In this document: positions 59,788 through 64,000 of the stretch, in pieces
How the letters are laid out: each line of letters opens with the position of its first letter
Position numbering within the stretch: position 1 is the stretch's first letter
Assembly (NCBI GenBank): GCA_965216875.1
Contig: OZ244207.1
Location: 6,496,001 to 6,560,000 of the forward strand
DNA: 64,000 bases
Reading direction: 5' to 3'
Source: Rubripirellula sp.
GTDB taxonomy: Bacteria > Planctomycetota > Planctomycetia > Pirellulales > Pirellulaceae
Position numbers and translations under genes: made by a program
The notes under the pieces: model-generated
Databases searched by the model: none
What the model was told of the DNA's origin: nothing
Seen by the model: only the letters and a program-made list of their open reading frames with translations

Positions 59788-60245
59788 CAGCAGCAGAAGT
59801 CTTTGCCCAAGTTCACACAACTGAGCCGCGATCGCGTAAGCGGCCGGGCCTTAGTCGCCTTCACACTCGCTGCGCGTCGGCAAGGGCCCGAGCCCTGACG
59901 GCCAGCGGCTCACGAGATGCTCTGTCCCCGCTCGGATCGTTTGGTGCCTGTCCCCCGCGCGGTCCGCTTCAACATCTCCGGATTCTGCTAGTGCTCTGTC
60001 CCCGTCAAAGGTGCACTTCCAGCAGCAGAAGTCTTTGCCCAAGTTCACACAATTGAGCCGCGATCGCGTAAGTGGCCGGGCCTTAGTCGCCTTCAAACTC
60101 GCTGCGCGTCGGCAAGGGCCCGAGGCCTGACAGCCAGCGGCTCACGAGATGCTCTGTCCCCGCTTGGATCGTTTGGTGCCTGTCCCCTGCGCGGTCCGCT
60201 TCAACATCTCCGGGTTCTGCCAGTGCTGTGTCCCCGCCAAAGGTG
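59788..60245 (+). repeat. Tandem duplication with 232-bp period; each unit holds a family B repeat (59805-59913, 60037-60145)
   Basis: CAGCAGCAGAAGTCTTTGCCCAAGTTCACAC begins at 59788 and 60020; the units differ by scattered substitutions. Confidence 0.92.
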
Positions 60246-60778
60246 GCCCGATTGCCTTGCGCGGTGCCTGTCCCCTGTTTCCATCAGGTGCCTGTCCCCT
60301 GTTTGCGCCCTGTTTGCGCAGGTCTCGCGCTAGTGCTCTGTCCCCGTGTTTGGGGGAATCCCTGCGGGTGGGGGGATGGGTTTTGGAAAAAAAGATTTCG
60401 TGCATCGATGCACGAGCTCGATCGGTGAACCGTTGTCGCCTGATAGGTGTCGGAAATGCTATCGACGGCTGGAGTTACGGCACGATCCTCCGTGCCTGCA
60501 CAATTCGGGCCAGATTATCTCAGTTGCCCTTTTCGTCATTTGCCGGATCTGATAGGTTCTCAGAGTGATCACCGGCCCAGTTGAAGCGTTCTACCTCCAC
60601 CTTTGCCCATTTTTCACCGCCTCGGCATCCGCAATCGCCGCGACGGCATGGCAATTCTTTTACCTAGCTCGTCTTTCCCAGCGAGCTAACGGTTTGCGCT
60701 GAACGTCTCGACTGACGCCACAAAACATTTCAACGGGCCGATAAACCTATTTGGCTTTCGAAGGAGCTTTCACCAACG

Positions 60779-63700
60779 ATGGCAACCACGACCAAGCGTC
60801 GCCTTGAGCCCACTAGTGTTCGTCATTTCGGAACGGGACTCGGATCGTTCGAGCTACCCGACCTGACTGCGCTGCAAACTGTTTCTTATTCCGCTTTCCT
60901 TCAGGAAGAAGCCGATCCGAAAAAACGTAAGGATCATGGCTTGGAAAGCGTTCTCCGCGAGATTTTCCCGATCAGCAGCTATGACGGGAACACCACGCTT
61001 GAGTACCTGTACTACGAACTCGGCAAACCTCGCTATACCAGTCAAGAGTGCCGTCAGTTGCGTCTGACCTACGGTCGGCCACTGCGCATTTGGTTGCGAC
61101 TGAATCGCGAAGAACCACGCGAGGAAGAAGTCTATCTGGGTGACCTGCCGATCATGATGGGTGGCGGTGAGTTCATCATCAACGGTGCCGAGCGCGTCGT
61201 GGTGAGCCAGTTGCACCGAAGCCCCGGTGTCGACTTTGTTCTCGAGCAAGACACCACGACCGATCGCAAGCTGCCAAGTTGCCGCGTGATCCCAGAGCGT
61301 GGTTCGTGGATCGAAGTCAACGTCACCAAGAAAGACGCGCTGACCGTCCGCATCGACCAAAGCGGCAAGTTCGCAGCGACGACGTTGCTGCGGGCAATGG
61401 ATCCAAAGTTCTCGACCGACGCCGATCTGCTCAACGCGTTCTACGAAACCGAAACGCTCAAGATCAGTGGCGGTCGCAGCGCTGCGAAAATCGAAGGCAA
61501 GATCGCAGTCGATGACGTCGTTTACCCAAGTGACAGCGATCGCGCCGGCGAAATCATCGTCGAAGCAGGTCACAAGATCACCAAGGAGGTCGCCGAAACG
61601 ATCTGCACCGCTGGTGTCAAATCGATCGACGCAATGGAATCGCCAAAGATTCCTTTGATCTTCAACACGTTGGCTGAAGACAACACCGCCAGTCACGAAG
61701 AGGCTTTGCTGCGTATCTACCAACGCCTGCGTCCCGGTAACCCGCCGCAGCTTGAAAAAGCACGCACGCTGTTCACTGAAAAGTTCTACGACGAAAACCG
61801 TTACCGCCTCGGCAAGGTGGGTCGTTTCCGCTTGAACCGCAAACTCGATCTTGGCGTCAGCGAGTCCGAAATGACTCTGCGCCCCGACGACATGATCGCG
61901 GCGATTCGCTACTTGATCGATCTGTTCGACACCGAAAGTGGTGCCGAGATCGACGACATTGACCACTTGGGTAATCGTCGTCTGCGAACGATTGACGAAC
62001 TGGCTTGCGAAGAACTACGCAAAGGCTTCCTGAAGCTTCGTCGTACTGTCCAGGAACGAATGAGCATCAAAGATGCCCAGGACATGTCGCCTCGTACGCT
62101 CATCAACCCCAAGAGTGTTTCAGCAGCGATCGACTACTTCTTTGGTCGCGGTGAACTCTCGCAAGTGGTTGACCAAACGAACCCGCTTAGCCAGTTGACT
62201 CACGAGCGACGCCTGTCGGCTCTTGGTCCTGGTGGTTTGAACCGAAAGCGTGCGGGCTTTGAAGTTCGTGACGTTCACATTTCGCACTACGGTCGTATCT
62301 GTCCAATTGAGACGCCTGAAGGTACGAACATTGGTCTGATCAGTTCGCTGGCGATTTACGCCGGTGTTGATGATTACGGATTCTTGGTCACGCCCTACCG
62401 CAAAATCAAAGAAGGTAAGGTGACTGAAGAAACCGTGTGGCTGCGGGCCGACGAAGAGAGTGAGTCGTACGTCGCTCCGGCCGATACCGAAGTCAACAGC
62501 GGTGCACTGGTTGCCGGGCCAAACATGATCGCCCGTTTCCGCAGTGACTTCGAAATCGTTCAGCCAACCCAGGTCGACTACATGGACGTTGCTCCATCGC
62601 AAATGGTCGGCGTCTCGGCTGGTTTGATTCCGTTCCTCGAGCACGATGATGCCAACCGTGCGTTGATGGGATCGAACATGCAGCGGCAAGCTGTGCCACT
62701 GTTGGTTGCTGAACCACCGATCGTCGGCACCGGTATGGAACGCGAAGTTGCACGCAACAGTGCGATGGTCGTTCGTGCTCGCCGCGCTGGCAAAGTGACT
62801 TACTGTGACTCGACTCGCATCGAGATCGGCAGCGATCACTACGACCTGAAGAAGTACCAAGGTTTGAACGAGCGAACTTGTTTGAACCAGCGTCCGATCG
62901 TCAACGTTGGCGACAAGGTCGAAAAGAATCAAATCATCGCCGACGGTGCCGCAACGCAAAACGGTGAACTCGCACTCGGTCGAAACGTGTTGGTCGGCTT
63001 CATGTCGTTCGACGGTTTCAACTACGAGGATGCGATCATCATCAGCGAAGAGTTGGTTCGCAACGACACTTACACTTCGATTCACATCGAAGACTTTGAC
63101 GTCGAAATTCGCGAAACCAAACTCGGCCGCGAAGAGTTCACTCGCGACATTCCGAACGTTTCCGAAAAGGCTCTTCGTAACCTCGACGAGTCAGGGATCG
63201 TTCAAGTCGGTACCTACGTCAAGCCAGGCGATATCCTTGTTGGTAAGGTCAGCCCGAAGAGCAAGACTGAACTGACACCGGAAGAAAAACTGTTGCACGC
63301 GATCTTTGGTCGTGCCGGTGAAGACGTCAAAAACGATTCGCTTGAAGTGCCCTCGGGCATCGAAGGGATCGTCATCGACACCCAGAAGTTCTCTCGCCGC
63401 TTGAGCTTGTCCGAAGACGAGCGAAAGATCTTCGAGAAAGAACTCAAGGACATGGAGACCGAGGGCAACGCCGAAATCGCAAGCTGCTTCGAAGCACTTG
63501 TTCGCGATCTCGAAGCTGCTGCTGGAAGCAAGCTGAAGGACGCAACCGGCACTCCTCTGGCCGACGGCCAAGATCCTAAGTTCGTTGCCGAACGAGCGAC
63601 CGCTTTCCGACTTGATCACGTCCTTGACCAAATCAAGAGCGAAGACAAGAAGAAAGAGGTCGAGAAGGTTTACCAACAGCAATGGGGTAACGTCGAAACC

Positions 63701-64000
63701 GCAATCGATGTTCGCGACCGCAAGCTCAACAGCATGAAGCGTGGTGACGAGCTACGCAGCGGCGTGCTTCAAATGGTCAAGGTTTACATCGCTACCAAGC
63801 GTGTGATCAGCGTCGGTGACAAGATGGCTGGTCGTCACGGTAATAAGGGTGTGATCGCAAAGATTTTGCCGATCGAAGACATGCCCTTCCTGCCTGATGG
63901 CACGCCAATCCAAATCATGCTCAACCCACTTGGTGTTCCTAGCCGAATGAACGTGGGTCAGATTCTCGAGACTCACCTCGGTTGGGCCGGTGCGAAGCTT
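60779..64000 (+). CDS. rpoB: RNA polymerase beta subunit (runs off the window)
   Basis: Read from ATG 60779: [11 protein letters not shown]...; [78 protein letters not shown]. Confidence 0.98.
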   Translation, partial: MATTTKRRLEPTSVRHFGTGLGSFELPDLTALQTVSYSAFLQEEADPKKRKDHGLESVLREIFPISSYDGNTTLEYLYYELGKPRYTSQECRQLRLTYGRPLRIWLRLNREEPREEEVYLGDLPIMMGGGEFIINGAERVVVSQLHRSPGVDFVLEQDTTTDRKLPSCRVIPERGSWIEVNVTKKDALTVRIDQSGKFAATTLLRAMDPKFSTDADLLNAFYETETLKISGGRSAAKIEGKIAVDDVVYPSDSDRAGEIIVEAGHKITKEVAETICTAGVKSIDAMESPKIPLIFNTLAEDNTASHEEALLRIYQRLRPGNPPQLEKARTLFTEKFYDENRYRLGKVGRFRLNRKLDLGVSESEMTLRPDDMIAAIRYLIDLFDTESGAEIDDIDHLGNRRLRTIDELACEELRKGFLKLRRTVQERMSIKDAQDMSPRTLINPKSVSAAIDYFFGRGELSQVVDQTNPLSQLTHERRLSALGPGGLNRKRAGFEVRDVHISHYGRICPIETPEGTNIGLISSLAIYAGVDDYGFLVTPYRKIKEGKVTEETVWLRADEESESYVAPADTEVNSGALVAGPNMIARFRSDFEIVQPTQVDYMDVAPSQMVGVSAGLIPFLEHDDANRALMGSNMQRQAVPLLVAEPPIVGTGMEREVARNSAMVVRARRAGKVTYCDSTRIEIGSDHYDLKKYQGLNERTCLNQRPIVNVGDKVEKNQIIADGAATQNGELALGRNVLVGFMSFDGFNYEDAIIISEELVRNDTYTSIHIEDFDVEIRETKLGREEFTRDIPNVSEKALRNLDESGIVQVGTYVKPGDILVGKVSPKSKTELTPEEKLLHAIFGRAGEDVKNDSLEVPSGIEGIVIDTQKFSRRLSLSEDERKIFEKELKDMETEGNAEIASCFEALVRDLEAAAGSKLKDATGTPLADGQDPKFVAERATAFRLDHVLDQIKSEDKKKEVEKVYQQQWGNVETAIDVRDRKLNSMKRGDELRSGVLQMVKVYIATKRVISVGDKMAGRHGNKGVIAKILPIEDMPFLPDGTPIQIMLNPLGVPSRMNVGQILETHLGWAGAKL

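Larger units (their letters stand above)
59387..60345. repeat. GGGGACAG short-repeat field (7 forward, then 9 reverse copies)
   Basis: Forward at 59387, 59615, 59636, 59671, 59717, 59736, 59755. Reverse at about 59922, 59948, 59996, 60154, 60180, 60228 (variant), 60268, 60292, 60338. Confidence 0.88.

Noticed and set aside
59387..60345. CRISPR array or protein-coding ORFs in the repeat field
   Set aside because: Repeats are only 8-14 bp, spacing is irregular, orientation flips and no cas genes are present; the ORFs are repeat-derived (RGQAP motifs).
60854..63976. Minus-strand ORFs over the last 3 kb
   Set aside because: Antisense shadows of rpoB.

Overview
Gene-dense bacterial chromosomal window, most likely from a Pirellulaceae planctomycete (Rhodopirellula/Stieleria-like; inferred from the rpoB N-terminus, the ECF sigma/Ser-Thr kinase pair and the repeat types). 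Bases 1-17,000 form a nitrate-utilisation island: a Mo-bisPGD nitrate reductase (cut by the window edge), a DmsB-DmsC-type fused Fe-S/membrane subunit, a GAF protein, NrtABCD, a single-domain globin, a monoheme c lipoprotein, an 11-heme cytochrome c, a NirB-like flavoprotein whose sirohaem half is replaced by a 4-His membrane domain, and a divergent AlgE-type porin. Two near-consensus sigma-54 promoters each have an NtrC-like upstream site and a leader hairpin. The rest holds signalling genes (class III cyclase with an atypical specificity residue, ECF sigma + Ser/Thr kinase with a TAXI sensor, CHASE4 kinase + REC-GGDEF-EAL), housekeeping genes (treZ, nth, proB, purF, U32, DHS-like, rpoB), four minor pilins and a eukaryote-type canonical PARG flanked by repeats. 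At least five families of REP-like intergenic repeats occur, including a ~1 kb mosaic upstream of rpoB. The best candidates for undescribed biology are the NirB-like/cytochrome b + 11-heme cytochrome conduit and the canonical PARG. No rRNA, tRNA, CRISPR or transposase gene was recognised. All family calls are by motif recognition; no searches were run.
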